A DNA stretch of 64,000 nucleotides from Botryllus schlosseri (taxonomy: Eukaryota): the NCBI GenBank assembly GCA_051294905.1, contig CM119372.1:30692001-30756000 (forward strand). Reading direction: 5' to 3'. The translations under genes and the position numbers were made by a program. This document shows positions 63,401 through 64,000 of the stretch, piece after piece. The notes beneath the pieces were generated by a model. That model saw nothing but the letters and a program-made list of their open reading frames with translations. It made no database searches and had not been told where the DNA came from. Numbering within the stretch: the first letter of the stretch is position 1; each line of letters begins with the position of its first letter.

Positions 63401-64000
63401 CTGATCGTGTGTGTTACACAATTAGTTCTATTACGCATTCAGTGAACATCATACAAATTGACAACAACTTTCCTTAGTTTGGTTACATGATGACAATTAT
63501 TCTGGAGGTTCAAATCGATATCGCTACTATGAACAGCAATACAAACACATTTTTGTAGATTTCAGTGTAGCACATACTTCGATATTATTGTTATGGGTTT
63601 TGTATTAACCAAGACCAGTTGAATAGAATCTATCCAATAAAGATACCTCTATTTACTTTTTTTGATGATCAAAGTCTTTGAGTGTGACCTCGTAATGTTT
63701 TTACATTTCACGCATTTTCGACAGAGAGTGTGAACAGAGTTTAACACAGATTAAATGACACCGCCCCGGAGCCCAAAGTGATATTTTCGTACTGCGTAAT
63801 GTGCGTATGTTTCAATTCGATGTCGCAGATTCCGACAATAAAGTATTGCACCGGTTGCTAATCAGCAAACGAAATTGTTGTTTCATCTTTAGTTTTGGTT
63901 ACTGGAAACAATTACATTTGTAAAATATTTTCTGATATCCGCGATACGCAGAGTCATATGTACCAAGGTAGAATAATTTTCCAATCATGAACATTTCGGA
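60461..64000. repeat. Outer part of right palindrome arm, runs off the window end
   Basis: Reverse complement of 51472-55010 with only scattered single-base differences. Confidence 0.97.

Noticed and set aside
51472..64000. Single Galileo-like element with long TIRs flanking its own THAP transposase
   Set aside because: The transposase segment has its own 8-bp TSD and sits asymmetrically inside the right arm, so it is a secondary insertion and not the palindrome's centre.

Overview
Eukaryotic, transposon-dense genomic DNA from an invertebrate animal (inferred from class A GPCRs, spliceosomal introns, tRNA-derived SINEs and no obvious CpG depletion; the species cannot be fixed from sequence). 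Host genes are an intact single-exon orphan class A GPCR (44273-45457, +), a paralogous GPCR split in two by a ~5 kb DNA transposon (6855-12912, -), and a divergent Spinster-like MFS transporter with an intronless coding region (27897-29507, -). Positions 1-48.8 kb hold many nested hAT-, Kolobok- and P-type MITEs (many with exact 8-bp TSDs), SINEs, LINE fragments, and a Penelope-like fragment with minimal hammerhead ribozyme motifs. From 51.5 kb to the window end there is one giant near-perfect palindrome (arms >=3.8 kb, 974-bp spacer). A decayed THAP9/P-element has inserted into its right arm with an 8-bp TSD. The most striking observation is that the transposon in the split GPCR supplies a GT donor that, used with a host CAG just beyond its far end, would splice it out and restore a receptor of exactly the original length. 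This is a candidate transposon-born intron. All alignments and counts were made by eye; no searches were run.
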